A program made the position numbers and the translations under genes. The notes beneath the pieces are model-generated. The model ran no database searches. It was not told where the DNA came from and saw only the letters and a program-made list of their open reading frames with translations. From contig OZ241986.1 in NCBI GenBank assembly GCA_965204375.1, positions 5,376,001-5,440,000 on the forward strand: a stretch of 64,000 nt of DNA. Reading direction: 5' to 3'. Below, piece by piece: positions 8,177-17,927 of this stretch (position 1 is the stretch's first letter; each line of letters starts with the position of its first letter). This stretch comes from Candidatus Latescibacterota bacterium. Its GTDB lineage: Bacteria > Latescibacterota > UBA2968.

Positions 8177-9763
8177 CTATTTACTATCCTCTATTCGACT
8201 GGATATTTCTGCATATTCGTTATAAGCATCTTCAGAAATGTCTCCGAAACCTGATGGGAAGGTGCCAAACTCTACGTCAAGCAAGATTTTATTTACCACT
8301 GAATCACGCGTTTCTGAACCCGGCTTGAATCGCCAAACGCCCACATCGTCGGGACTGAGCGCGAAGTTTGCGCTTGGGATATCTTTCCGCCGTGCTTTTG
8401 GAAGTTCCGATAACCGAACCAGATTAGCCAACTCGTCCAGTACCCATTCGCTGTGTGTGGTAATGAGGATGCGAATGCCGGATCGTACTGCTGCTGCGAG
8501 TTGGCGAATAAATTCGACCTGCATTTCCGGGTGCAGGTGAGACTCGGGTTCCTCAATAATCAATAGTTCGTCCGGACGAACGACATGACGCAGATACAGC
8601 ACTACTGGAGCCAACTCTGATACCATGGACGACGCATTCATCAAGGGGAGGTCCCTTTTCCAGTTAGTGGGACGATAGACGAACGAAGGGTAGTCAATTT
8701 CTGACCGCTCAACACGGACAGTCCCTCGCAATAGTGCTTGTTCTATATGTAGAGCGAGGTCACTGTCGCCTTCGGGTTCCCGGCGCGTTAAAGAGGCCAG
8801 ATCAACCAGTTTTTCCAGAAAGTCGCCGAGAACTCCAGAGAGTACTGGCATCTGAGAATCACGTCGTGGTGCGACACGAGATGCGCTTGCAATTAAACTC
8901 CGCACTACCACTTGATGGGCGTGCATGACACCCGTGCGGTCAGCAGGAAGGTAATGAGCACGACAGTTCAAGGGACCAACAATGATAGAAACAATGGCAT
9001 CAACCAGATCTCCAAGCAAGTCAATTAGGGCATATTTAGCATTTTCTTCCCCTCCCATATTCGCTACCTCAACCAGCCATTCCATGTTCCTTTTGGCCGT
9101 CTTTGTACTCCCTACCTCGCGCACTCCTAGGTTCTCCATCTCAATTAGCCAGTCCTGGAGAATGCCTAAGATATCCTTCCTATCCATTTGTAAGGGCATG
9201 GCATTCGGAATCGAAGCATCTATTTTAGCCCCTTGCTCTGTTACCGTAACTTCGTACTTGAAAGAGTCATTTTGTCCGGCTTTCCTTGTGGTATTGTGAC
9301 GTAGGCAAAATGTAGTTTCGCCATCACCTAAATGGCGAATCAAATTTTTGGTCTTACCTACCCCAAAACATCTCGCGATTTCATTGTCTAAATCTTTGCT
9401 CAAATGTGCGACTTTTTTTAGAGTTTTGCGTATTAACGCCGCAACAGATTCTGGTAATTCAATTAAGGATGGCTCCAAATATTCAATGGTTTCTAAGTCT
9501 GAAAGCGTTTCTTTCGCCCAGTCACAAAGAATTGAAAGATCATCCTTTGACAAATCAAGGCTTTGTCGTTGCATCATACGTAGCCGATATAAGTCGCTGA
9601 AAAATTGATGCATTGCGTAAATCAGAACGGCCATATAGGATTTGCCGGTGTTGCTGGGGCCTACGAAAACAGTTAGTGGGTGCAGGTCAATTTTTGCCCT
9701 GGCAATGGGGCCAAAGTCGGTAACTGATAACTCGATATTTTGGGAGTCAGGGGTTGTAGCCAT
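8177..9763 (-). CDS. ABC-type (AAA_15/AAA_21-like) ATPase
   Basis: DFGPI, GPSNTGKS (Walker A), YLPADRTG, ASSMVSEL, IIEEPESHLHP (Walker B/D-loop), ITTHS; GAGGA SD before ATG at 9763. Confidence 0.9.
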   Translation of the reverse strand: MATTPDSQNIELSVTDFGPIARAKIDLHPLTVFVGPSNTGKSYMAVLIYAMHQFFSDLYRLRMMQRQSLDLSKDDLSILCDWAKETLSDLETIEYLEPSLIELPESVAALIRKTLKKVAHLSKDLDNEIARCFGVGKTKNLIRHLGDGETTFCLRHNTTRKAGQNDSFKYEVTVTEQGAKIDASIPNAMPLQMDRKDILGILQDWLIEMENLGVREVGSTKTAKRNMEWLVEVANMGGEENAKYALIDLLGDLVDAIVSIIVGPLNCRAHYLPADRTGVMHAHQVVVRSLIASASRVAPRRDSQMPVLSGVLGDFLEKLVDLASLTRREPEGDSDLALHIEQALLRGTVRVERSEIDYPSFVYRPTNWKRDLPLMNASSMVSELAPVVLYLRHVVRPDELLIIEEPESHLHPEMQVEFIRQLAAAVRSGIRILITTHSEWVLDELANLVRLSELPKARRKDIPSANFALSPDDVGVWRFKPGSETRDSVVNKILLDVEFGTFPSGFGDISEDAYNEYAEISSRIEDSK

Positions 9764-9980
9764 TGCTGAGTCCTCCTGCGTGTCGAATAGCACAGCCATA
9801 CCCAGTAGTCGGGTAATGCTTTCTGATGCTGTCCTTAATTATCACCTATCTCGCGGGCAATGACAAGACAATTCTCGACAATGGCGAGACTGATAAATAA
9901 GGGCGTTGCCATTACTCTGTTTTCTGATCGGACGATGTGAAGTGTGATAAGGCACCCGTTTTAGGGTGGTGCTGGGTGGC

Positions 9981-10012
9981 CTTCTCACTTCTTCCTTCTC
10001 ACTTCTCACTTC
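9981..10012. repeat. AGAAGTG 7-mer tandem repeat overlapping the trmJ stop
   Basis: cttctcacttcttccttctcacttctcacttct. Confidence 0.7.
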
Positions 10013-10763
10013 TTTTTTTTGGGATGGGGTCGAGGTCGTGCCGCGCGATGAAGCGATCGACCTGGCGGAAGACGCGGTGGATAGTCGCGACGTCGCGGTG
10101 TTCCATGTCGATGCGGCTGAATATTCGGCGGATGGATCGGATGAAGGTCTGGGGGCGATGTCGGGAGACAAAGCCGAGTTTGTCGAGTGCGGTTTGGATG
10201 TGGTCGTACATGGATTCGAGTTCACGGTGCGTAGCGAGGTCGAGTTCCGATGGTTTGTAGGGGATTTCGGAATGGGTTGCGCGAAAGAGTTCGTAGCCAT
10301 AGATGAGGGTGGCTTGCGACAGGTTGAGGGAGGGGTAGCGCACAGCTGAGGGGATGCGGGAGATCATCTGACACAGTTGGATTTCGTTGTTGGTCAGTCC
10401 GTTTTCTTCTCGGCCAAAGACGATGGCGCCTTTGTGGTTTTGGGGGAGGGACAACAGTTTGTCTGCTGCAGTTTGGGGTGGGTGTACGATGTCGAATTCG
10501 CGGCGTTTGCGATGGGATGTGCCCACGGCAAGCGATACGTCTGCGAGTGCTTCGGGCAGTGAGGATACGACGGTGGCACCGTAGAGGATGTCGCCCGATC
10601 CGTGCGCCATTGCGCGGGCTTCGCCGCTGGTGTGGTCGGGGGGATTGACGAGGTAGAGGTGCGATAAGCCCGTGTTTTTCATCGCGCGAGCCACTGCGCC
10701 GATGTTGCCGGGTTCTTTGGGTTCAACGAGTACGATTCGAATGTGGTCGAGGGGGTTGGACAT
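9999..10763 (-). CDS. trmJ: TrmJ/LasT-family tRNA/rRNA methyltransferase (SPOUT)
   Basis: IVLVEPKEPGNIGAVARAMKN, FGREENGL, YPSLNLSQA. Confidence 0.85.
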   Translation of the reverse strand: MSNPLDHIRIVLVEPKEPGNIGAVARAMKNTGLSHLYLVNPPDHTSGEARAMAHGSGDILYGATVVSSLPEALADVSLAVGTSHRKRREFDIVHPPQTAADKLLSLPQNHKGAIVFGREENGLTNNEIQLCQMISRIPSAVRYPSLNLSQATLIYGYELFRATHSEIPYKPSELDLATHRELESMYDHIQTALDKLGFVSRHRPQTFIRSIRRIFSRIDMEHRDVATIHRVFRQVDRFIARHDLDPIPKKRSEK

Positions 10764-10835
10764 AAAAATCTCCGTTTATGGTCATTACAGGTATATCTAT
10801 ATCAGAGGTTCTCCTTAGGGCCTATCTACTCAGCT

Positions 10836-10914
10836 ACATCCTGTCCATCCTATAATCCTGAAAATCCTGATGAACTGGTCTGGAAAACGACCAGTTTTAC
10901 ACCGCTTCAGACAA
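10836..10914. repeat. ATCCTG-type repeat element split by a hairpin; supplies the bioF stop
   Basis: catcctgtccatcctataatcctgaaaatcctgat, then the aactggtc/gaccagtt hairpin, then ttcagacaa. Confidence 0.6.
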
Positions 10915-12085
10915 GGTTTTTAAAAAAACGGTGTCGCACTTCGGTCATGGCGTCTAATAATTGGGCGATGTCGTCGTCGGTATGGGTTGCCATGACAGAG
11001 AGGCGCAGACGGCTTTGGCCCTCGGGTACGGTGGGGGGGCGTATGCCGTAGAGGTAGATGCCGCGGTTGTAGAGGTGTTCGGATATTGCTACGGTTTTCT
11101 GGGCGTCGCCAACGAGTACGGGTATGATATGGGTTTGGGATTGTGCGAGGTCGTATCCGAGGGTTTGAAGATGCTGGTTGATGGTTTTTGTGTTGTGCCA
11201 CAGGCGTTGGCGCAAGCTGGTATCGCGCTGGATGAGGTCGAGTGCCGCGGTGGTAGATGCACAGGCGTCGGGCGGCATGGCGGTGGTGTAGATGTACGCT
11301 GCCGAGCGGTTGCGAATGAGATCGATGAGGTCGCGGTTGCCACAGATAAAACCGCCGGATGCGCCGAGGGCTTTGCTGCCCGAGGTCATGTGGATGTCGA
11401 TGGTTTTGGGGGAGAGGCCGTAGTGTTCGAAGGTGCCACGACCATTGGGGCCGAGAATGCCGGTTGCGTGGGCGTCATCGACCATCAGGATGGCGTTGTG
11501 TTGTTCGGCGAGGGAGACGAGTTCGGGCAGTGGGGCGATGTCTCCGTCCATTGAGAAGACGCCATCGGTGACGATGAGGCGACGGCGATGGGCGGATGAG
11601 GTTTTGAGCTGGGTTTCGAGGTGGGCGATGTCACAGTGGTTGTAGATGGCGATTTGTGCGCGGGACAGGCGACAGCTATCGATGATGCTGCGGTGATTTA
11701 ATTGGTCGCTAAAAATGATGTCGTCGCGGTTGATGAGGGCGGGTATAACGCCGAGGTTGGCGGTGTAGCCCGTGGGAAATGCGATGGCGGCTTCTGTGCC
11801 GAGGAATTGTGCCATGCTGCTTTCGAGGTCGGCGTGCGGGGGCATGTATCCCGAGATGAGTGCCGATGCCACGGTGCTGCTTCCATAGGTGTTGAGCGCT
11901 TCGATGGCTGCACCTTTGAGGATGGGATGGTTGGCGAGGCCCAGATAGTTGTTTGAGCAGAAGAGGATGAGTTCCCGCCCTTTGATGCGGATGCGGGGTT
12001 CCTGGCTGGTTTCCACACGTCGCACAGAGCGGTAGAGGTTTTGCTCGCGCAATGTCTGGAGTTCTGTATTGAGGTCGGGTAACAT
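10907..12085 (-). CDS. bioF: 8-amino-7-oxononanoate synthase (class II PLP aminotransferase family)
   Basis: FCSNNYLGLA, DQLNHRSIID, DGVFSMDGD, DDAHATG, SGSKALG, IRPPTVP. Confidence 0.85.
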   Translation of the reverse strand: MLPDLNTELQTLREQNLYRSVRRVETSQEPRIRIKGRELILFCSNNYLGLANHPILKGAAIEALNTYGSSTVASALISGYMPPHADLESSMAQFLGTEAAIAFPTGYTANLGVIPALINRDDIIFSDQLNHRSIIDSCRLSRAQIAIYNHCDIAHLETQLKTSSAHRRRLIVTDGVFSMDGDIAPLPELVSLAEQHNAILMVDDAHATGILGPNGRGTFEHYGLSPKTIDIHMTSGSKALGASGGFICGNRDLIDLIRNRSAAYIYTTAMPPDACASTTAALDLIQRDTSLRQRLWHNTKTINQHLQTLGYDLAQSQTHIIPVLVGDAQKTVAISEHLYNRGIYLYGIRPPTVPEGQSRLRLSVMATHTDDDIAQLLDAMTEVRHRFFKNLV

Positions 12086-12219
12086 GAGGTGTGGTCCGCG
12101 TTTATTTTTTTGACGGCAATTGACAGGGATTTGACGCGCCTTTATATTCCGTAATCTTTGTGTTTTTTGCAATAGGGATTTTTAACCATAGATGGATACA
12201 GATGAACGCAGATAATAAT

Positions 12220-14508
12220 ATGGCGCAGGACAATACGTGGGGTTGGAGATTGGCGCTCGGGTATCCGATTTTGTCGGGTTTGCTGATGGCAGCGGCATTT
12301 CCTCCGTTGCCGCTCGGTTTTTTGGCCTGTATCAGTTTGTTGCCCCTGATTCCCGTTGCTGAAAATCTGCGTGGGCGCGTGGCTTTTGGCGCGGGTTTTT
12401 TGCAGGGTGTGGTTTTTTACGGTGCGAGTGTTTATTGGATTGCGTGGATTACCCCCCCGGGTATGGCGGGGGCAATTTTGTATATGTCGCTTTTTCGGGG
12501 GCTGTTTGTGTGGTTGTGGTCGTTTGCAATGGCGCGCGTTGGCAGGCTGGGTTTGTGGATGGTGCCTTTTTTGTGGGTGGGATTTGAATATTTTAATACG
12601 CTGGGCGATATGGGTTTTTCGTGGATGTTGCTCGGGCATACCCAGGTGGATTATTTGCCTTTGATTCAAATTGCAGAGGCGACCGGGGTTTACGGGGTGT
12701 CGTTCTGGGTGGTGGTGGTCAATTTGATCGCGTTTAAGGCTTTGGAAAGTGCGCGGCGCGGCTTGATGGTTGGTGTTCTGGTTCTGGCTTTTGCACTGCC
12801 AGCGGGATTTGGTTTGTGGCGCATGGCAGAGCCGGTTGCCGAGGGCGATTTGAAGGTCGCTATTGTGCAGCAAAATGTGCCACCTGTGGAGAAGTCGTAC
12901 TGGGGGTTTGATCACAATTTTGACAAGCTGAAGCCTTTGACGATTCAGGCTGCGGAGACGGGGGCGCGGTTGGTTGTGTGGTCAGAGGCGGCTTTGCCCG
13001 CGTATTTGAAGCGTGATGATGCATCGCATCAGGCGTATCAGGCGCGGGTGCAGGCGCTGGTCGATTCGCTGGGGATTTATCTGTATATGGGGGCGAATCG
13101 CTTCGAGGCCGCGGTGCGGGATCGTCTTTACAATTCTTCTTTTTTGTTTGAGCCGGGTGGGGGCGATTTGCCGCATTACGACAAGGTGAAGGTGGTGCCG
13201 TTTGGGGAGCGGGCGCCTTTTCCCAGGTTGCTCGGGTTTTTGCGCGATTTTCAGTGGAGCGGTGGGGGGTATATCAGTGGCGATTTTGAGAGCGGGACTG
13301 CGCTTACGGTTTTTGAGGTGCCGGGTGGAAAGTTTTCAGGGATGATTTGTTTTGATTCGGTGTTTCCCTGGCTTGCGCGCGATATGATGGTTCGGGGTGC
13401 CGAGTTTTTGGTGGTGATTACCAATGATGGATGGTATGGGCGCACGTCAGCGCCGTATCAGCACGCGGATATTGCGACGTTCAGAGCTGTTGAAAACAGG
13501 CGTTGGGTGGTGCGTTGTGCCAATACGGGTGTGTCGATGTTTATCGATCCACAGGGGCGGCAAGAACAAAAGACGGGTCTGTTTCACGAGGCTGTTGTGG
13601 CGGGGACTATTGCGCCGAGCAATGAGCAGACGCTTTATATGCGGTTTGGCGATTTGTTTTCTCAGTTGTGCGGCGTGGTCGCGTTGATGGGGTTGGCGGT
13701 GTCTGCTATTCGCAGGCCGCAAGAGGAGGAGGAGGTTGCACCGCCCGAGGGTACGGTGCCGGCGATTGCGCCAGACCGCGATGAAGATCTGCCCGATGAA
13801 GGCAAGCCGATGCCTTTTCTCGATCATTTGGAGGAGTTGCGGTGGCGCATTTTGAAGGGGTTGGCCGCGATTATTGTGGGCGCGGTTTTTTGCGGGATTT
13901 TTGTCAATGAGATTTTGGCTGTGCTGCTCCATCCTACCCGCGAGCTGGAAGATGAACTGATATTGCAGACCTTAAGACCGATGGGCATGTTTATGGTCAA
14001 GTTGCAGATCGCGCTGGTGGGCGGGGGGATTCTGGCGCTGCCGTTTTTGATTTTTCAGATCTGGATGTTTGTCGCGCCCGGTTTGTTTGCCAGCGAGCGG
14101 CGGTTTGTCACGTTTGTCATTGGTTCGGCCACTGTGTGTTTTGTTGTTGGTGCTATTTTGGCGTACTGGCTGGTTATCCCACTGGCGATGAAGTTTTTTG
14201 TTGGTATGGCTGCTGATACGGTTGTGAAGCCGCAGTTTGATATTGGAGAGTATATCGGTTTTGTGTTGCGCCTTTTGATTGCTTTTGGGTTGGTATTTGA
14301 GTTGCCTGTGTTGACGTTTTTTCTGGCTAAGATGGGGATTGCAACACGCGATCGGATGCGAAAGGGACGGCGTTATGCGCTTGTGTTCGGGATTATACTC
14401 GCCGCTATTTTGACCCCTCCCGATCCCCTGTCTCAAATTTTGATGGCGATGCCGCTCGTGGTTTTGTACGAGATTAGTATTTGGGTGGCGCGAATTGTGA
14501 ATGAGTAG
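12220..14508 (+). CDS. lnt-tatC: Fused apolipoprotein N-acyltransferase (Lnt) and Tat translocase subunit TatC
   Basis: Lnt triad WSEAA / YDKVKVVPFGE / MICFDS plus TNDGWYG and RAVENRR; acidic Pro-rich linker; TatC from ATG 13810 with MPFLDHLEELRWR, WMFVAPGL, FELP, TPPDPLSQ; no stop between the domains. Confidence 0.9.
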   Translation: MAQDNTWGWRLALGYPILSGLLMAAAFPPLPLGFLACISLLPLIPVAENLRGRVAFGAGFLQGVVFYGASVYWIAWITPPGMAGAILYMSLFRGLFVWLWSFAMARVGRLGLWMVPFLWVGFEYFNTLGDMGFSWMLLGHTQVDYLPLIQIAEATGVYGVSFWVVVVNLIAFKALESARRGLMVGVLVLAFALPAGFGLWRMAEPVAEGDLKVAIVQQNVPPVEKSYWGFDHNFDKLKPLTIQAAETGARLVVWSEAALPAYLKRDDASHQAYQARVQALVDSLGIYLYMGANRFEAAVRDRLYNSSFLFEPGGGDLPHYDKVKVVPFGERAPFPRLLGFLRDFQWSGGGYISGDFESGTALTVFEVPGGKFSGMICFDSVFPWLARDMMVRGAEFLVVITNDGWYGRTSAPYQHADIATFRAVENRRWVVRCANTGVSMFIDPQGRQEQKTGLFHEAVVAGTIAPSNEQTLYMRFGDLFSQLCGVVALMGLAVSAIRRPQEEEEVAPPEGTVPAIAPDRDEDLPDEGKPMPFLDHLEELRWRILKGLAAIIVGAVFCGIFVNEILAVLLHPTRELEDELILQTLRPMGMFMVKLQIALVGGGILALPFLIFQIWMFVAPGLFASERRFVTFVIGSATVCFVVGAILAYWLVIPLAMKFFVGMAADTVVKPQFDIGEYIGFVLRLLIAFGLVFELPVLTFFLAKMGIATRDRMRKGRRYALVFGIILAAILTPPDPLSQILMAMPLVVLYEISIWVARIVNE

Positions 14509-14518
14509 GTGAAGGGTG

Positions 14519-14628
14519 ATCCGCAGATGACGCAGATGAACGCAGATGAAAAAGAGAGGCTGTGATGTGTGATGTAGTTTGCCGTTTCAAACGGCAAAAA
14601 TGTGAAGTGTGAAGGATGAAGTGCGAGA
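14519..14628. repeat. Composite intergenic repeat (CAGATG tandem, palindrome, GTGAAG tandem)
   Basis: ccgcagatgacgcagatgaacgcagatg; tttgccgtttcaaacggcaaa; tgtgaagtgtgaaggatgaagtg. Confidence 0.7.
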
Positions 14629-14638
14629 GGAGTAGATA

Positions 14639-15412
14639 GTGAAGATTTGTTTGTTGGCAAGTGGTAGCGGTGGCAATTCGATTTGTGTTCAAAATGGTTC
14701 TTCACGTGTGCTTATTGATGCGGGTTTGACGGGTAAGAAGATCGAAGAGCGTTTGCAAGGTGTTGGGATTAATCCAGCGGGTTTGCAGGCTGTTGTGGTG
14801 AGTCACGAGCATGCCGATCACATTAAGGGGGTAGGTGTGTTGGCGCGGCGGTATGGACTGCCGGTTTGGATGACCGAGGGTACGTTGAATGCGTCGAAGA
14901 AGATTTTTCGTGGGCGTGAGAGGATTCGGGTGTTTGAAAATGATGAGGCGTTTTCAATTGGTGATTTGTCTTTTCAGGCGTTCCAATTGCCTCACGATGC
15001 CGCTGATCCCGTGAATTTTTCTGTGACAGACGGACATTCCAATGTGACGGTTGCTACAGATATGGGTACGGTGACGCAGCTGGTTTATCAGTATATGCGC
15101 CGCGCCGATCTGTTGATTATTGAGTCGAATTACGATCGGCAGTTGCTGATGGATGGGCCTTATCCCTGGGTTTTGAAGCAGAGGATTAATAGTACGCACG
15201 GTCATTTGTCAAATGATGGGGCGGCCGAGGCGTTGTGCGATCTGGCGCGAGAGGGTTTGAAACAGGCGGTTCTGGCGCATTTGAGTGAGAAAAATAACCG
15301 GCCGGATCTGGCGAGAGAGACATGCGCAGATATGTTGCAGGGTCAGGGGATTCGGTCTTTTCCCCTGAGTGTGGCGGAGCAGGATCGTCCAAGTGATATA
15401 TTTGTGATTTGA
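14639..15412 (+). CDS. MBL-fold metallo-hydrolase (YycJ/WalJ-like)
   Basis: LASGSGGN, SHEHADH, HDAADP, ESNYD, GHLSN, HLSEKNN. Confidence 0.9.
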   Translation: MKICLLASGSGGNSICVQNGSSRVLIDAGLTGKKIEERLQGVGINPAGLQAVVVSHEHADHIKGVGVLARRYGLPVWMTEGTLNASKKIFRGRERIRVFENDEAFSIGDLSFQAFQLPHDAADPVNFSVTDGHSNVTVATDMGTVTQLVYQYMRRADLLIIESNYDRQLLMDGPYPWVLKQRINSTHGHLSNDGAAEALCDLAREGLKQAVLAHLSEKNNRPDLARETCADMLQGQGIRSFPLSVAEQDRPSDIFVI

Positions 15413-15427
15413 TTTGGAGAGGTAGCG

Positions 15428-16462
15428 ATGGAAAAATGGATTGAAGAGCTTGTGATGGGATTGGCCAGTCCGTTCCTTCTCGTGATTATTGCGGTGACGC
15501 TGTACACGCTCGGCAAAGGCGCGGATTGGCTCGTCGATGAGGCTGTGACGCTTTCGGTACGCTGGGGGCTGGGTAAAGCGGTTATCGGTGCGACGATTGT
15601 GAGTATTGGTACGACGACGCCGGAAGCAGCGGTGTCCGTGTTTTCGGCGATTCAAGGAAAACCAGGGCTTGCTCTTGGGAATGCCGTCGGTTCGATTATT
15701 TGCGATACGGGCCTTATTATTGGTCTGGCTTCTCTGATTGCTCCCTTACCTCTCAACCGCCAGTTGGCGTCGCGGTTGTCCAATGTGCAGGTAGGGGCTG
15801 GTATTCTTCTGGTGTTGGCCTGTTTTCCATGGGCTTCTCCCGCGAAGTTGTTTAGCCAGGGTGGGGTTTTGCCACAGTTTGCTGGCTTTGCTTTTGTTGT
15901 TCTTTTGGTGCTCTATATCTGGCAGTCGATCCGATGGGCTGCAACTATGTCGGATGCTGAGCAGGAAGATGCAATTGATGCGGAGGATAGTCGCGCGAGT
16001 GTGGTGCTTGTGAAGTTGCTCCTGGCGATTGCGGTTATTGTTATTTCGGCTCAAATTCTCATTCCCAGTGTGAGTGTTTTGGCGGAGAGGATTGGCGTGC
16101 CAAAGCATATTATTTCTGCGACGCTTGTCGCGTTTGGCACGTCGCTTCCGGAACTCGTGACGGCGATTACCGCTGTCAGGCGCGGACACGGCGAACTGGC
16201 GGTTGGCAATATTATTGGTGCAGATATTCTCAACGTGCTTTTTGTTGCCGGGGTTTCGGCCGCGGCAACACCAGGTGGCTTGCAAGCCGATGGTCAGTTT
16301 TTCCAGTTTTTGTTCCCGGCTATGGTGTTTATTCTCGTTGTTTTTCGTTGCGGTATTTTTGTGTCGGGCAATGCGATGAAGCGTCCTTTTGGGGTGGTTC
16401 TGGTGGCGACGTGGCTTTTGGTGACTCTGCTCAGTTATGTGCTGTCCATCGATATGCATTAG
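15428..16462 (+). CDS. Calcium/sodium antiporter (CaCA, YrbG-like)
   Basis: Alpha repeats GTTTPE and GTSLPE, GNAVGS, GNIIG. Confidence 0.92.
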   Translation: MEKWIEELVMGLASPFLLVIIAVTLYTLGKGADWLVDEAVTLSVRWGLGKAVIGATIVSIGTTTPEAAVSVFSAIQGKPGLALGNAVGSIICDTGLIIGLASLIAPLPLNRQLASRLSNVQVGAGILLVLACFPWASPAKLFSQGGVLPQFAGFAFVVLLVLYIWQSIRWAATMSDAEQEDAIDAEDSRASVVLVKLLLAIAVIVISAQILIPSVSVLAERIGVPKHIISATLVAFGTSLPELVTAITAVRRGHGELAVGNIIGADILNVLFVAGVSAAATPGGLQADGQFFQFLFPAMVFILVVFRCGIFVSGNAMKRPFGVVLVATWLLVTLLSYVLSIDMH

Positions 16463-16469
16463 GTAGGCA

Positions 16470-17927
16470 ATGTCTCAGGATAAGGAAAAAGACGGGTTTG
16501 TGCTGGTGACGGGAGCCAGTGGGTATGTTGGTGGGCGGCTGGTTCCGGCGCTTGAAGAACGGGGCGCGTGCGTGCGGTGTCTGGCTCGCAATCCCCAATT
16601 TCTGGCTGGTCGGTTTTGTTCCGATACCGAAATTGTCGCAGGGGATGTGCTGGATCGGGATTCGCTGAGGGTTGCTCTGGAGGGGGTAGATACGGCGTAC
16701 TATCTGGTGCATTCTATGGGATCCAGGGCTAATTTTGAGGAACAGGATCGCATTGGGGCACAAAATTTTGCTCGCGTCGCGCTGCAGCAAGGGGTTCGGC
16801 GCGTTATTTATTTGGGGGGTCTGGTTGGGGATCGCCAGCTTTCTTCCCATCTGGCGAGTCGCCAGGAGGTGGGAGCTATTCTAACTTCGGAGGGACCTGC
16901 AACGCTGGAGTTTCGCGCTTCTATTATTATTGGTTCGGGGTCGCTGTCTTTTGAGATGGTGCGCAGTCTGGTCAATAAGTTGCCGATTATGGTTACGCCG
17001 AGTTGGGTCCGCACGCCAACTCAGCCGATTGCGATTGAGGATGTGATCGCTTATTTGATCCGGGGGCTGGATGTGGAGGAGGAAGGGAGTGTGATTTTTG
17101 AGATTGGGGGTCCGGAACAGGTGTCGTACGGCGGGTTGATGCGCGAATATGCCCACCAGATTGGCGTGCGGCGTCTTATGATTCCGGTTCCTTTTTTGAG
17201 TCCTCGTCTTTCCAGTTTGTGGTTGGGGCTGGTGACGCCTCTTTACGCGCGGGTGGGTAAGAAGCTTATCGATAGTTTGCGCAATGAGACGATTGTTCGA
17301 GATGGTGGGGCGCGCGAGCGTTTTCCCGTCCGTCCACTAAATGTGCGTCAGGCGATGGCACGTGCGCTTGAGGAGGAGGACCGGGAGATGGCTCAGACCC
17401 GCTGGAGCGATGCGGTGTCTTCAAGCGGTGAGGAGCCTTTTTGGGGTGGAAGGCGTTTTGGTTCTCGCCTTGTTGATCGCCAGCAGGCTTTTGCGAGTGT
17501 GGAACCCGGCCGAGCTTTTGCCCCTGTTCAGCGCATTGGGGGAGATCAGGGTTGGTATTTTGCGACATGGATCTGGTATTTGCGGGGTTTTGTGGATTTG
17601 CTGTTGGGCGGGGTGGGTATGCGGCGAGGGCGACGGCACCCGGTTGATGTGCGGCCGGGAGATCCGCTGGATTTCTGGCGCGTTGAGGCTTTTGAAGCAT
17701 GTCGCCTTCTGCGCTTGCAGGCAGAGATGAAGGTGCCCGGTCGGGCATGGCTCCAGTTTGAGGTCCAGCCCGTGGAGGGGGGTAGCCAGATAACACAGAC
17801 GGCTATTTTCAATCCTCTGGGTTTGGGCGGCTTGCTTTATTGGTATGGGCTTTATCCCATCCACTATCTCATTTTCAAGCGTATGCTGAAGGGTATTGTC
17901 AAGCAGGCGGAGTTGGATATGCCTTAG
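16470..17927 (+). CDS. NAD(P)-binding SDR with DUF2867 C-terminal domain (YbjT-like)
   Basis: LVTGASGYVG, YYLVHSM, AEMKVPGRAWL, GLGGLLYWY. Confidence 0.88.
   Translation: MSQDKEKDGFVLVTGASGYVGGRLVPALEERGACVRCLARNPQFLAGRFCSDTEIVAGDVLDRDSLRVALEGVDTAYYLVHSMGSRANFEEQDRIGAQNFARVALQQGVRRVIYLGGLVGDRQLSSHLASRQEVGAILTSEGPATLEFRASIIIGSGSLSFEMVRSLVNKLPIMVTPSWVRTPTQPIAIEDVIAYLIRGLDVEEEGSVIFEIGGPEQVSYGGLMREYAHQIGVRRLMIPVPFLSPRLSSLWLGLVTPLYARVGKKLIDSLRNETIVRDGGARERFPVRPLNVRQAMARALEEEDREMAQTRWSDAVSSSGEEPFWGGRRFGSRLVDRQQAFASVEPGRAFAPVQRIGGDQGWYFATWIWYLRGFVDLLLGGVGMRRGRRHPVDVRPGDPLDFWRVEAFEACRLLRLQAEMKVPGRAWLQFEVQPVEGGSQITQTAIFNPLGLGGLLYWYGLYPIHYLIFKRMLKGIVKQAELDMP

Noticed and set aside
9838-9915. Possible TPR-like remnant (LVIAREIGDN*) upstream of the ATPase
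   Set aside because: Too short to support without a search.
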